Shown: positions 22,501 through 33,254, counted from the stretch's first letter. The stretch is 64,000 bases of DNA from Rebecca billardiae RCC1528 (GCA_965240325.2 OZ251233.1:1364001-1428000); one strand, 5' to 3'. Program-made: numbers and translations. Notes: generated from the letters alone by a model not told the origin.

Positions 22501-23305
22501 TCCGAGCAGCTCCGCGCCGCGCGCGCTCGCGCAGCCATGCGCGCCACGTGCACAGCGCGCCAAGCGCGGCCGCGTGCGATCGCGAGAGCATGCACAGTTG
22601 CACGCGCGCGCCTGGCGGCGGGTCAGGCGCGCGGCCGAGCAGCAGCGCGCGCAGCTCGGGCGTGCGCCGAAGGCGCCATTCCGCGCGCGCGTCGTGCGCC
22701 CGTGTCGGCGGCCCGTCGCGCCACTCGGCGGTGGCGGCAGCCGATGCGTCGGCAAGGTCGTGGCCGCTAGCGCCGCCGACTCCACTCGCACCACCGCCGC
22801 CGCCGGTCGTGCTGGCTCCGAAGGCGTAAATGCGGAGCGCGCGGCGGGCGCATGCGGAGCGCACGCCGGTGAAAGCCGTGCGCAGGAAGCAGCTTCGCGC
22901 CGAAGAAACGAGTACGTCCTCTGCGCGCGCCTTGTGCACCAGCTCGGCCACAAGCCGTGACCACGCGCGACGCAGTGTGTGGGCGCGCGCACGTGCGCCG
23001 AGCGTGTTGCTGCGCCACTGCTTGACAGCCGCCGCGGCCACCCACGTGCAAAACGCGTGGGAGACGGCGCGCGTCATGCGATACGCGATCGCATCACTCG
23101 CAACGCGCTCGGCCTCGAGCGTGAGCTCAGCGGCATGCAGTGCGGCGGCTGCTCCGGCGCGCCACGAGTTGCCGCGTGGCAGCAGGCTGCTCGTGGCGCG
23201 CGCGGCGCGCGGTGTGTCGGCGAGTACCGACGCGGCATACGGCGCGCTGAGGCTGTGGCGCGGCCCACCGGCCGCGCCGGCGGCGGATGAATAAACCATG
23301 CGCAT
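19598..23305 (-). CDS. Sfi1-like Trp-repeat (putative centrin-binding) helical protein
   Basis: 1235-aa Ala/Arg-rich ORF with recurring motifs AFCTW, RRAWSRL, ALCTWR, GAWRAW, RAFGAW, ALGRW, LLRWRR, ALRRW resembling the Sfi1 repeat consensus. Confidence 0.55.
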   Translation of the reverse strand: MRMVYSSAAGAAGGPRHSLSAPYAASVLADTPRAARATSSLLPRGNSWRAGAAAALHAAELTLEAERVASDAIAYRMTRAVSHAFCTWVAAAAVKQWRSNTLGARARAHTLRRAWSRLVAELVHKARAEDVLVSSARSCFLRTAFTGVRSACARRALRIYAFGASTTGGGGGASGVGGASGHDLADASAAATAEWRDGPPTRAHDARAEWRLRRTPELRALLLGRAPDPPPGARVQLCMLSRSHAAALGALCTWRAWLRERARRGAARKGEERPGAAWGQRVARRGAWRAWVQWTQCALLDALCTRHLRGHRASRAAHEWARAAHARHVAAATAAIGEAAAQAFVTARAFGAWHHYAAHAAHAAAEHVEPPGSRAHVRRALRAPLLRALEALAAAASRRMTAELGRERAEATRARRARLGALGRWASRRAHTPALVPLRPCVRAAPSRALRTSRPGTVAAAAAAPLQYSARVVCACGVRRACAVQRAYVMARALVLARAVRVWLLRSPRRLLRSHAAAAPRRRAAPRARWRVWLVKWLLASPTPASAGAGVGALCVQRLHAHVLRVLSRRARSVLAVWCARAAARAAASRARGAAAAEAAAAERIAQLRRGADAALATRRGALLRWRRAARRRRRQRTGHLALRERARHALRGLAARAHAANLRNRAPATRLPLARWARRTRAVVARASAEAALRTLPLAASPPVMLLGRSDKGAHLDSLSPRAPAAARLAAATRAWRALAARRGEARRAHVALCASAALEPVARAHAAGRAARRWLRAALSGAADGPPAAYARTHPRPRMHAALPLSVPAHTRALRAWAQLLRRGPRGVGAAAYELAGVSALRAFRMHAVWQRWLVCTALARALPTGSAVYALSRHALRRWAAATRRVRAADLHPSRMLSRWRTRAASGVAARRVAHVHWARGSTAASWRRWIGAAAVAAVDADAVVAGGDARALWRWLGPHVLPARLALWASLIDARGEMEARAAVARVARTRDALHEANDVWAAAAAAWRVRIGDVALRARRARAARNSAAHTPRSAPASPRRPSSAYGTGSVTARRRASRARSRSPLPPPPPTGARSSAASARTLTPSAAFAGAGAASVVPRRPVPPAIPPAAFAPLSPSKPPAPSIPSAHSGQRRLPPRQPGPQPHLLSAPRYGAQRDRQVPSVEGDTMQAMDDANVPAAATHALHARSYAARHAASAPLVRWPGMPSPSQKNSLMHPHHAAETRLSRFR

Positions 23306-23522
23306 GCGTCGTCATGTGGCGGTCGCCATGCTTCTTCTCCAAGACTCCTACGGTCCTACCTGGCTTTTCAAAACACGGCCGGTACGTTTCCGATCTGAGA
23401 TTGAGATTGAGATTGAGATCTCGTCGCCCGATCGCAGAGCTCGCCTTGACGCGTTCGCTCTCCAGCAGCAGTGCACGACCGCGTCGCCGGTCGCCCTATT
23501 CTTGGGCGCGGCTGGTGCCGCG

Positions 23523-24614
23523 ATGCAGCACCAACCCGAGGCCGTGAGCACGTGCGAGCGCGAGTTCATCGCGAGCGCGCTGGCGGAGGGCGTGCGAGCG
23601 GACGGGCGCGGCCTGTCGGACGCGCGCTCACCCCGCGTCACCCTCGGCCCTGCCGCGGGGACTGCGGAGGTGCGGTTGGGCGACACGAAGGTGCTCGCGG
23701 TTGTGAGCGCCGAGCTGATCGAGCCGTTCGCGGACCGGCCGACGGAGGGGACGTTCGCGCTGAGCGTTGAGCTCTCGCCGATGGCCTCGCCAGCGTTTGA
23801 GACGGGCCGGCCCACGCCCGCGGCCGTCGAGCTCAGCCGCATGCTCGAGCGCGCCATCGTCAAGAGCCACGCGGTCGACCTGGAGGCCATGTGCGTGCTC
23901 GCCGGCAAGCGCGTGTGGGCAGTGCGCTGCGACGTGACGGCGCTCGACGACTGCGGCAATCTGATCGACGCGTGCACGCTCGCGGCTGGCGCGGCTCTGC
24001 GCCACTTCCGCAAGCCGTATGTCTCCGTGCACCACCCAGATGACGGCGAGGGCGAGCCGACGGTGGTGGTGCATGCGCCCGACTCTGAGGAGCCGGAGCC
24101 ACTGGCGCTGCACCACACGCCCGTGGCGGTCTCCTTCGCGTTGGTGGAGGCGGAGGAGGGCGCGACATCGCACGTGGTGCTCGACCCGACGGAGCGTGAG
24201 GAGGCTGTCGCGACCGGGCTGCTCACCGTTGTGCTCAACCGGCAGGGCCAGCTCTGCGCGCTGCACAAGCCGGGTGGTGCGCCCGTGGGGATCGCGCAGC
24301 TGAGAGACTGCACCGCGACCGCGGCCAAGCGTGTCGAGCCGCTGCTCGCAGCGGTCGACGCGGCGATGAGCGAGAGCCCGCCAGGCACGCAGCGACCACC
24401 AGCTTACCCGCCGCCGCCATTGCCCGCCGCGCCGGACGCTACTGCTGCTGCCGCTCCGGCTGCACACACCCTCGTCCCCGAGGGAGCTGCAACTGACGCC
24501 GCGCCTGCCAAGCCGACGGTGGCGACTGCGTCCGCTGCCACGCCCCAGGCCGCGCCCTCCACAGGCCGCGGCCCTCGAAAGAAAAGGCCCAAGGTGATGA
24601 TGGCGATGGGCTGA
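23523..24614 (+). CDS. RRP45: Exosome complex component RRP45 (EXOSC9), RNase PH family
   Basis: STCEREFI..AL.EGVRADGR, GDTKVL, PFADRPTEG, ELSPMASPAFETGR, AVDLEAMCVLAGKRVWAVRCD, DDCGNLIDA, LRHFRKP, VLDPTEREE, HKPGG. Confidence 0.93.
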   Translation: MQHQPEAVSTCEREFIASALAEGVRADGRGLSDARSPRVTLGPAAGTAEVRLGDTKVLAVVSAELIEPFADRPTEGTFALSVELSPMASPAFETGRPTPAAVELSRMLERAIVKSHAVDLEAMCVLAGKRVWAVRCDVTALDDCGNLIDACTLAAGAALRHFRKPYVSVHHPDDGEGEPTVVVHAPDSEEPEPLALHHTPVAVSFALVEAEEGATSHVVLDPTEREEAVATGLLTVVLNRQGQLCALHKPGGAPVGIAQLRDCTATAAKRVEPLLAAVDAAMSESPPGTQRPPAYPPPPLPAAPDATAAAAPAAHTLVPEGAATDAAPAKPTVATASAATPQAAPSTGRGPRKKRPKVMMAMG

Positions 24615-24724
24615 GCTTGCTCCGAGTGAGCAGCTGCTCGGACACTTCGGCGGTGACTTCGCGCTGCGCCATTCGCGGCTTCGCGCCATTCGCCGATTCG
24701 GGCTTCATGCTTATATATTTTTTC

Positions 24725-24740
24725 ATATATATATATATAT
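24725..24740. repeat. (AT)n microsatellite
   Basis: Directly visible downstream of RRP45. Confidence 0.9.
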
Positions 24741-25655
24741 GATGCTACTGTCAATAATGTCAATCGGACACGCGGCACCGGCCGCGCTGTGACTGCTGCC
24801 GTATCGGGCGACGCTGACAGACGACAGTGCCGTGACCGAGTGACTCACCCGCGGAGTCGGCCTCGGTTGACGACATCATGTCATGTGTGATGATGTGTGC
24901 ATGACTCGCGGAGTGTGACGCTCGTCGGACACTATCACTATAGTCATCAGCACTCGGGGCAGCCAGTAACTCAGTACTCAGTGAGCACGGCGGTAGTCGA
25001 GTACTTCGCCGCGCCCGGGCCGCGCGCGGGTCCTAACCGTACTCGGCGCGCGGTCTCTGAATTGAACTAATAACTGGTGTCAAGCAGCTAGACTGTCATC
25101 AAGGTGAAGGATTCAAGGCTCAATAACTCTCAGTCACTCACACTGCGAGCTCCGAAGCTCAGCACACTTCGGAGCGTCCGGACTAGTTCACTCGCCATCG
25201 GGCCGTGCCCGCCGCGCACTTGATCACCGAATAAGCGGCGCGGCCGCGCGGAACAGGCCGCCCGCGGCCCGCCCGCGGGCGCTGCCGCGGCGGCCGCCGG
25301 GCGCGGTATCTGATATAGTGATAGTCATCGTTGCGGCGTTTGACTCTGCGGACTCTGACGAGCTGTCGTCAGTTACACACCGTGACGGACGATGATACAT
25401 CATTACCGGGCATCCGTAATTCCGAGTCGTCATTGCGCATGCGCATATTATTAATTAATAATATAAATCTATCGGCGGCCCCGGAAGTCGACATCAGTGC
25501 ATGCCATGCCGCCACTCATGTGGGCGTAGTGGAGTTTCAAGGACTAAGGTGACAAATGGGAGGAGGGCCCACGCTGGCACCGTCGGGCTTGCCGTCGGTC
25601 CCAGCGCAGGCGGAGGGGCGCGCGGGCGTGCTCACGCGCCGACGGTGAGGCGCGC

Positions 25656-27492
25656 CTACACCGACGAGTCGGGCACGGCGTACTGCCGGCGCTGGTACAC
25701 GTAGCGCGCGATCGAGGCCGCGATCACGCACAGCAGGATGAGCATCAGCAAGAAGGCCGCGACCAAGATCTTGAAGCCGAACGAGTCAACGAATCGGAAC
25801 ATGCCGGGGCCGCCGATGCCGAAGCCGTTGAGCAGCTTGGCGTTGGCGAAGAAGTCGGTGAACGCCTCGCACGTGGTGCAGCCGTACTTGAGCTGCGAGA
25901 AGGCCACCTTCATCTTGTAGTCCTGGTGGCGGCCCTGGAACTCCTCGTCGTTGGCGCAGTAGGCGGAGGCCGCCTTGGCGGCGTTGCAGCACGCGCGCGA
26001 GCACACGTCGCCGTGGCTCTCGCCGTTGCCGCACGAGGCCTCGAAGCGCGCGAGCGGGCCCGAAGGCGGCGTGGTGGGCGTGAGGCACTTGATCCCGCCC
26101 GCCAGCTGCGCTGCGAGCGGGATCTCGTTCTGCTTGCACGCAGCCCAGGGCTGCGGCACCGTGCAGAGCTCAAAGCGCACGCTCGAGTCGGTCGTGTAGC
26201 ACCACGGGCCCTCCTCGCCGTCCGGGTTGCGGCAGTGGTTGTGCCCGCCCAGGCCGGCCTCGGGGTAGTTGAGGTGCGTGCGCGTGTGCTGCTGCGGGAA
26301 CTGCGAATCCCAGGCCTGGCACTCCTTGCCCGACTTGGTCTTGTTCACCTGGCCGCGGTAGTCCGAGCCGTCCGGCTCGCCGAAGCACTCCGTCGCCCGG
26401 TGGAAGCAGTCATCGCCGTCCCAGCCGCACGCCTCAACGTTGCACTCGCTGCGCGGGCGAGGCCGGCGCAGGGAGCGGGATAGAAGGTGAGCGGAGCGCG
26501 GACGGCGGGCACACGTGCCGTGCGGAGCTGCACCGCGCGGCGGCAGTCCTCTCACTGCAGCCGCACCGCCGCAACGCGACGCGACGCGCGCCAAGATGGG
26601 CGCAGGCGCAGGTGCACGTGCGTGCAGCGGCGCACGCACCTGTCGCACTCGCCATCGTTGATGTACTCGGGCAGGCAGCCCGTGTTGCAGCCCGAGTTCT
26701 CGCTGCAGTCGCCGCCGTCCCAGTTGCACGCCTCGACGAAGCACGCCTCGTCGCAGTACTCGTCGCCCACCCAGCCCTCGTCGCATCCCGGGGCGCAGTT
26801 CTGCTCCTCGCAATCGCCGCCGTCGTCGTAGCACGCCGACGTCTTGCACTCCTGCTCGGCGAGCGGGCAGAGCGAGCGGGGCGGTTCGGCGTGGGCCGCG
26901 AAGACGTGACGGTCAGGCACAAGCAACATCTCGCTTGCGCGCCGGCGGTGTGAGGCGTGCTGCGCGCGCGGCATGCGCACCGCGGCGCGCGCCCCCCAAC
27001 CTCACCGCCACAGCAACGCACCTGCTGGCAAACGCCATCCGCGATCATGTCCTGCTTGCACCCGGGCGAGCACTCCTGCTCGATGCGGAAGGTCGGCGTC
27101 GACGCGTCGTACACGCCGATCATGTACTCCGACTCGTCGTACCCGTACACGGACATGTGCAGGATGCACGGCTCGAACTGGCAGAACTCGATCGCGTCGC
27201 GCTTGATCACCTGCTCCTCCGCGCCCACGTCGTCCATCACCCAGGTGGCGGTGAGGTCGTCCGGCTCGGACGATGTGAAGGACAGATACACGTCCGGGTC
27301 GCCATACGAAGGGATCAACTTGATCTTGATCGCATTCGACGACTGGGGAATCTGCACGGCGTAGTACTGGAACGAGTCCTCGTTCACAAACGCCGAGTGC
27401 AGCTGACCCATCTCGAGCATCTGCTCGTCCTGGCCGGCGGCGCACCACGCACCGAGGAGTAGCAACAGCGGGGCTCCCACGCGCGACATCAT
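25656..27492 (-). CDS. Type I membrane protein: PPC-like domain, 3 LNR repeats, kringle, 8-Cys domain, TM (paralog A)
   Basis: Exons 27492-27022, 26851-26640, 26448-25656 with GT..AG introns. Signal peptide; GDPDVYLS beta-sandwich; LNR repeats such as [31 protein letters not shown]; kringle [16 protein letters not shown]...[16 protein letters not shown]; [23 protein letters not shown]. Confidence 0.9.
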
Positions 27493-28694
27493 CGCTCCTC
27501 TGCCTGTTCGACGCGCGGTTTACGGCGGCGAGGGCTGAAGGTGGACCTCGTCGATGCGGGGCGTTGGGAGCACCTCTCGGCTGCGAAACCGGACCAAAGC
27601 GCCTTTGCGGGCGGCCGGGCGCGTGCCGTGTCCCAAACGGCGCAACCCGCGCCAGACGCCAAAAGCGTTGCGGCGCCTGGACGTGAAAGGCGCACCCACG
27701 CGCGCGGCACGCCCACCTGTGAAACGCTTGATGTGCTGCGCCGGCTTAGCGGCGAGGCTCAGAACAGGCCGGGTGTGAGCTACTGAACTTGGCGTCTTAT
27801 GATTGGGCTCGACCTTTCGTCCAATAGGAAATTGTTCAGGGTGCGACCGTTGAATCACTGCATGCCGGGTAATAAAAGGTTGCCGTTCGCGCCGGACGAC
27901 CGGCGGCGTCGCAACAGGAAGACCTTGAAGTCGTGCTGATCTTCTTCGATCACTAAAAAGACGAGACCGGCTCTTCAAGATTCGATGAGGGATCTGCGTT
28001 TCTTACTTTCTTTGCTGCGATCCTCCATCCAACACGACGCACCCGCACGATGGCGGGCCGCGGACCCGGGACCGCCTTGGGCAAAAGTCACTCCTTTAGC
28101 CCCCGTGGGGGAGACCCGGAGCGATGTATGGCCGCATGGCACTCCACAGCGTCAATGCTAATGACGGCGAGGAACCGCGTGGTCTTGGAATGCCAGTATT
28201 CACACCTTACTGTCACTGACTTGTCACTAGGATATTAGTGAACAGAGGCGACGGCCGGCAGTCCAGCACTTTCGCGGACCGTCCAGCAGCTTGATTGCTG
28301 AAGTGAAGCGCCAGCCGCAAACGCACGCCAGACTCATCGGCGGTACGCTCGCTCCGCCGGCGCCGGCCCTCTGCGTGCATTGCTCATGCGCCGCCGTGTT
28401 CGGGCCGCGACTCGGGCGGCCGGCGGCCATGGCAGCCCGGAGGGCCGCGGCGGCACTCCGTCCGGGCCGCACGGTCCGCGCAGCGACGGCTCAGACGACC
28501 GGCGTCACTTTGAATATTGATCGAGTGCCGCAGAGATGACGCCGCCGCGGAATCGGGAATGCCGCCAGCACGCACTTTCGGAACTACTTCGGAGTCGGAC
28601 GATGCGGGACGTGAGCCGGCTCTGATAGGCTCCACGCCGCCAACAAACGGTTAAGGCGCGCCACTGTCGGCCTGCTGCCGTGCTGCGCCTTGCC

Positions 28695-30632
28695 TCAGTT
28701 CACTTTGACCGCACTGAGCACGCGGGGAGAGTCGCACCCACGCCGGCGTCCGCGGCACATGCCGCTGCGGCGGGCGGCGAGGCGCAGGAGAGCGCACGCC
28801 GCTGCCAGCGCGAGCGCGACGGACACCATCGGCGCCGCCGCCACCCACTCGCCCGCCACGCAGCGGACGCCATGGCTGGCGCGCGCGTGCAGCGCGGCCG
28901 CGGGCGAAGCCACGAGCGGCGGCGGCGAGTAGCCGACAAGCTGCTCCGGCGGCCCTGCCAGTGGCTCGTCAATCGCGAGCGCGGGTGCGTAGAAGCGCAC
29001 GTGCGCGAGGTGCGTGAGTGCATCCGTTGCGTCCGCGCCCGGGCCGCGCACGTGCGGCCGCGCGCGCGCCGCGACCTCCGGCTCGGCCGTGCCGAGCCAG
29101 GCGGCGACGATGCGCTCGGAAGGCGGCCACCACGGGCCGCCGGCCACGTCCAGCCCGTCGATGCGCAGCACGAGCCTGCCCGCGCGCGCGTGCAGCGCGT
29201 ACTCGTGCCACGCGCCATCCGCCACGTTGAGGCTGGCGCGCCACCCGCCCGCCGCCACGCACGAGCGCCCCACAGGCGGGCGTGGCGCACGCAGCCGCAC
29301 GCTCGGCGCAAGGTGGCCACGCCGCGCGCGCTCGAGGCCGGCGACGAGCTGCCCGCCGCCCTCGAAGACGAGGCTCCACCACATCAGCCCGTCGAGCGAG
29401 CGCGCGCCGTGCCCGTCGCCTCGCGCGGCCGCCCACCAGGTGAGCGAGAAGTCGCGCGCCCGATCGCTCTGAAGCCCGACAAGCACCTCGACGGCGTCGG
29501 CGCGCGCGTAGCTCAGGGCGCGCACGCCGAGCGGACCCTCGGCGTACGGGTGCGGCGGAGGGACGCCGTCGCGCGCGCCACAGCCGTGCGCGAACAGAAA
29601 GCCGCTCGAGCAGCCGCCCCGCGTGTCGCGCACTGCGCACGCGCCGAGGCCACCGGGTGCGTCACCGGCCGCATCCGCGCCGCTGTCGGCGTCAGCGTTG
29701 CCGCCACGGTCCAGCGGCCAGTGTGCAGTGGGCGCACGGGGGCGCGGGTCGCCCGCGCCGCCACGGGCGCCGTCGTCGATCGGCGCGACCGAGCCGTCGC
29801 ATGCGCACGTAGGCGGCGGGCGGACGCGGCCCCCGCCGCCGCCGAGCGCGTCGAGCGCGCCCGGCAGCGCGCGCAGTCGGCAGTTGAGGCCAGACGGCAG
29901 CGCCGCGACGAGCGCGGGCGACCACGCTGAGAGCACGTACGGCCCGGCGATCTGCGACCACAGGTGCGCCGCAAAGTTGGGCGTGAAGTCGTACTCGGCG
30001 TACAGCAGCAGCCGCTTAAGCGCCGCGTCGTCCCACAGCGGCCAGAAGAAGGCGTTGGCCGGCAGCGCGCGCACCTCGGCGCCGTGCGCGCGCGCGAGGC
30101 GCATGGGCAGGCGGACGGAGTGCTCGGCCCACTGCGCCTCGTCGAATGAGTCGTACGCGTCGAGCCAGCGCTGCAGGAACGGCGCGCCGGCCGGCGAGAC
30201 GATCACGGCGTTGCACAGCCCGTGCTCGCCCTGCTTGCCCTCCATCCCGAGCGCGGGCAGCGCGCTGCCGAGCAGCTCATCGAACGAGCGCAGCGCGATG
30301 ACGTCCATGTCGAGGTAGATCCCGCCCTCGCGCAGGAGGACGCGTAGCCGGACCACGTCCGCGCGATGCGCCGCGTGCGAGAGCGGGTGCCCGCTGATCT
30401 CCGTCGGGAGCTCGATCTGCCGGAGCGTCAGCAGCGGCGCGCTGCGCTCCCACCACTCGCCCGTGGGGACGTGGTGGTGGTGGAAGTGGATGGCATCGGG
30501 ACGGATGTGCGTGGCCGCGGCAAGCACGGCAAGGTAGTGCTCGTACGCGAACTCGCGGTCGCCGGGGTCCGTCGCCAGCCCGTAGACGAAATGGACCAGG
30601 CGAGGGATGCCTGCAGGCGCCGCTGGCGCCAT
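28695..30632 (-). CDS. GT32 (DXD) glycosyltransferase fused to a LamG/ConA-like domain with C-terminal TM
   Basis: IPRLVHFVY, AHRADVVRLRVLLREGGIYLDMDV, LCNAVI, FLQRW, WAEHSV, FAAHLW; then AHWPLD...DFSLTWW...ADGAWHEYAL...LRIDG...VRFYAPAL (LamG-like); hydrophobic MVSVALALAAACALLRL near the end. Confidence 0.85.
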   Translation of the reverse strand: MAPAAPAGIPRLVHFVYGLATDPGDREFAYEHYLAVLAAATHIRPDAIHFHHHHVPTGEWWERSAPLLTLRQIELPTEISGHPLSHAAHRADVVRLRVLLREGGIYLDMDVIALRSFDELLGSALPALGMEGKQGEHGLCNAVIVSPAGAPFLQRWLDAYDSFDEAQWAEHSVRLPMRLARAHGAEVRALPANAFFWPLWDDAALKRLLLYAEYDFTPNFAAHLWSQIAGPYVLSAWSPALVAALPSGLNCRLRALPGALDALGGGGGRVRPPPTCACDGSVAPIDDGARGGAGDPRPRAPTAHWPLDRGGNADADSGADAAGDAPGGLGACAVRDTRGGCSSGFLFAHGCGARDGVPPPHPYAEGPLGVRALSYARADAVEVLVGLQSDRARDFSLTWWAAARGDGHGARSLDGLMWWSLVFEGGGQLVAGLERARRGHLAPSVRLRAPRPPVGRSCVAAGGWRASLNVADGAWHEYALHARAGRLVLRIDGLDVAGGPWWPPSERIVAAWLGTAEPEVAARARPHVRGPGADATDALTHLAHVRFYAPALAIDEPLAGPPEQLVGYSPPPLVASPAAALHARASHGVRCVAGEWVAAAPMVSVALALAAACALLRLAARRSGMCRGRRRGCDSPRVLSAVKVN

Positions 30633-30808
30633 CGTGCGTGAGCGTGGTGATCAGGGCGCTTGATGCCTTGAATCCTTGATCAAGCACCGGACTCGCCTTT
30701 ATTAACGCCCGGGCGCTCGGCGCACCGTTTGCCCGGAAGGGCGGGCAAGCTCGGTGCTGTGCGCACTGCGGCCTGCGCACTGCGCAGCCTCGACTTTTCG
30801 TGTCGCTG

Positions 30809-31912
30809 ATGCAGTCATTGCTGCCGGCGGTCCTTGCCATCCTCGAGCCGCACACCTCCGTCGTGGGCAACGGCACCGTGGTGTCCTCGTCTGGCTCCCT
30901 GGCACCAGCCCTTGCTCGTCCGCTGCTCATGCGCGTCATCGCGTGCCACGAGCGCGGCACGTGGACTGGTCGCGGTGCGCGCGTCTGGGCGCCGACACCT
31001 CCGGCCCCTCAGGCGGATTGCAGCGCGATTCTGCGCCGTGCGCGCAGGCTTCTTTTCCGTACGTCCGCCCATGTTGTGCTCGTTGGCGACTCTCTCTCCT
31101 TCGAGCTCTTCGCACTCACGCGCTGGCTCGTGCAACGCACGCCACAGCTGCAGCGCAGGCTAACGGTGCACCTGGTAGGCATGCCCGTCATCCCGCGCTC
31201 GGTCAAGGGGATCCGCCGTGTGCTCCACGCGGCAGTGTGCGGCGGCGCGCGCGTTCATCCAAACGCGAGTCGCGCCCGGCCACGCGTCGTGGTGATCAAC
31301 GCGGGCCTGTGGTACAACGACGTGGCCGACATCGGGGCAGGCGCCAATGTGCTCACAACCGGCTGCGGCTCGGCGCAGCCCAACCACGAGTTCCCAGGGC
31401 GAACGACGCCCACGCCGAACGCACGATGGGCGCAATGCAACGTGTGCACCGCGTACGCTGCCGCACGGCGGTGCACCAACCAGAGCACGCGCGCAGACTA
31501 CCAGGCTGACGTGGCAGCCCTCGCGCGCGTGCTCTCTGGGCCACTGTGCCGACAGGAGCGGCCCGCTGTGCTGTGGCGCGAGTCGACACCGCAGCACTAC
31601 CCACCTCGCGGGCCTTTCTCGGACAGCTTCTTGCGGCTCCGAGCACGCCGCGGGGCTGCGCCGCCTTGCCTGCGGCGGCGCCCTGACGATGGCCGCGACT
31701 GGCGAAACCTCGTCGCAGGAAGCGCCATGCGTCGTGCTGGTCTTCCTGTCATCCCGCTCGAGGCCGCATTGGCCGTGCGCGGGGCGGACCACCCAGGGAA
31801 TGGCGATTGCACCCACTGGCGCGCGGGTTCCGCCTCGCTTGCGCATATCAGCCGAGTGGTGCTCGACGCCGTCGGCGCAGCAGCTGCTGATACGGCTGAC
31901 TCGGAACGGTGA
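30809..31912 (+). CDS. SGNH/PC-esterase (TBL-like) polysaccharide O-acyltransferase/esterase
   Basis: Signal-like N-terminus; VVLVGDSLS; VVVINAGLWY; VLWRESTPQHY; GDCTHW (DxxH). Confidence 0.8.
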   Translation: MQSLLPAVLAILEPHTSVVGNGTVVSSSGSLAPALARPLLMRVIACHERGTWTGRGARVWAPTPPAPQADCSAILRRARRLLFRTSAHVVLVGDSLSFELFALTRWLVQRTPQLQRRLTVHLVGMPVIPRSVKGIRRVLHAAVCGGARVHPNASRARPRVVVINAGLWYNDVADIGAGANVLTTGCGSAQPNHEFPGRTTPTPNARWAQCNVCTAYAAARRCTNQSTRADYQADVAALARVLSGPLCRQERPAVLWRESTPQHYPPRGPFSDSFLRLRARRGAAPPCLRRRPDDGRDWRNLVAGSAMRRAGLPVIPLEAALAVRGADHPGNGDCTHWRAGSASLAHISRVVLDAVGAAAADTADSER

Positions 31913-32177
31913 GTGGTCGGGACTGTGACATTCGCCCCTGAGCTGTGTGCGTCTCTTATTATTCTTAGTCAACTGTACATATCATGATCGGCAAGCAAGC
32001 GCCGCCATCGTGCGCGATCGAGACGGAGTGCTGCGCACGAGCGCCACTGCCTGGCCCTTCCGCTGCGACTCTTCGCGCTACGATACGAGCAGCTGGCGCG
32101 GCGGCGGCGGCGTCGGGGCCAGTGGTGGCCGAGGCGTCGTTGGTTGGGCAGGGTGCTCGTGCCGGGGGCGTCTCACC

Positions 32178-33022
32178 ATGTTTTGGATCATCGAGCAGCT
32201 GCTGCAATGGCTCCGCAGGTGCGCCCTGCGCCGGGCCAGCCTCGCGTGCGCGAACTCCCCGCGAGCGCGTCGCGCTCGGTCCCGACTGCTCCACACCTGC
32301 ACCGCCCTTGTGCGCTGCGCGCAGCCTCTTCTTCAAACAAGAGATGGAGCTGACGCTGGTCGGCTTGCAGAACTCGGGAAAGACTACACTCGTCAACGTC
32401 ATCGCGGTGCGTCCCCGTGCCAGAGCGCCGTGCGCAGGCTACTCTGCACCGTCACGCACGCGGACCTCACGCCTGCCCCTCCGTGGTCCGCGCGTGCGCA
32501 GACTGGCGCCTTCTCTGAGGACATGATCCCGACGGTTGGATTCAACATGCGCAAAGTCACCAAGGGCAAGGTGAGCCCACGTGCTTGCCTGGTTGGGCCC
32601 GCATTCGCACCTGCCGCTCATGCGTGCGCGCCCTTGTGCCCGGCCGGCGCGCGCAGGTGACAATAAAGCTGTGGGACCTTGGCGGCCAGCCGCGGTTCCG
32701 GAGCATGTGGGAGCGGTACTGCCGCGGGGTGCACGCCATTGTGTACGTCGTCGACGCTGCCGACGCGGACAACATCCCCGTCGCTCGCAACGAGCTGCAT
32801 GATCTGATCTCGAAGCCAGCGCTGATCGGCATCCCGCTGCTCGTGCTCGGCAACAAGAACGACCTGCCGAGCGCTCTCACCGCCGACGAGCTCATCGACA
32901 AGCTCCACCTCAAGGAGATCTCGGGCCGAGAAGTGTGCTGCTACTCGATCTCCGCAAAGAATCACATCAATATCGACATGACGATCGAGTGGCTCATCAA
33001 GTACTCGCGGACGGCGCGGTGA
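32178..33022 (+). CDS. ARL8: ADP-ribosylation factor-like GTPase ARL8 (4 exons)
   Basis: Exons 32178-32218, 32325-32406, 32502-32570, 32657-33022 give [78 protein letters not shown]. Confidence 0.96.
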
Positions 33023-33254
33023 AGGGGAAATCACGGCACCTTCACCTTGTGCTTGTCGGTGACGACAGCGGCGAGACCGCCCCAGCTAGGAGTGGACTGT
33101 GGAGGCCGATCGACACGTCAGTCGTCAGAGCAGACAGAGAGTCAGAGAGTCAGGGAGTCACTACAGTCAGACGGATGGTCACGCGAGCTCGCGCGATGGC
33201 TGCACAACCGGATGAGTGGCAGTGAGTGGCACCCCGCAATCGGATGCCAATCGG

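Noticed and set aside
23298-23522. N-terminal extension of RRP45 from ATG 23298
   Set aside because: Homology starts at ATG 23523; the extension crosses the opposite gene's start and a GAGATT repeat.
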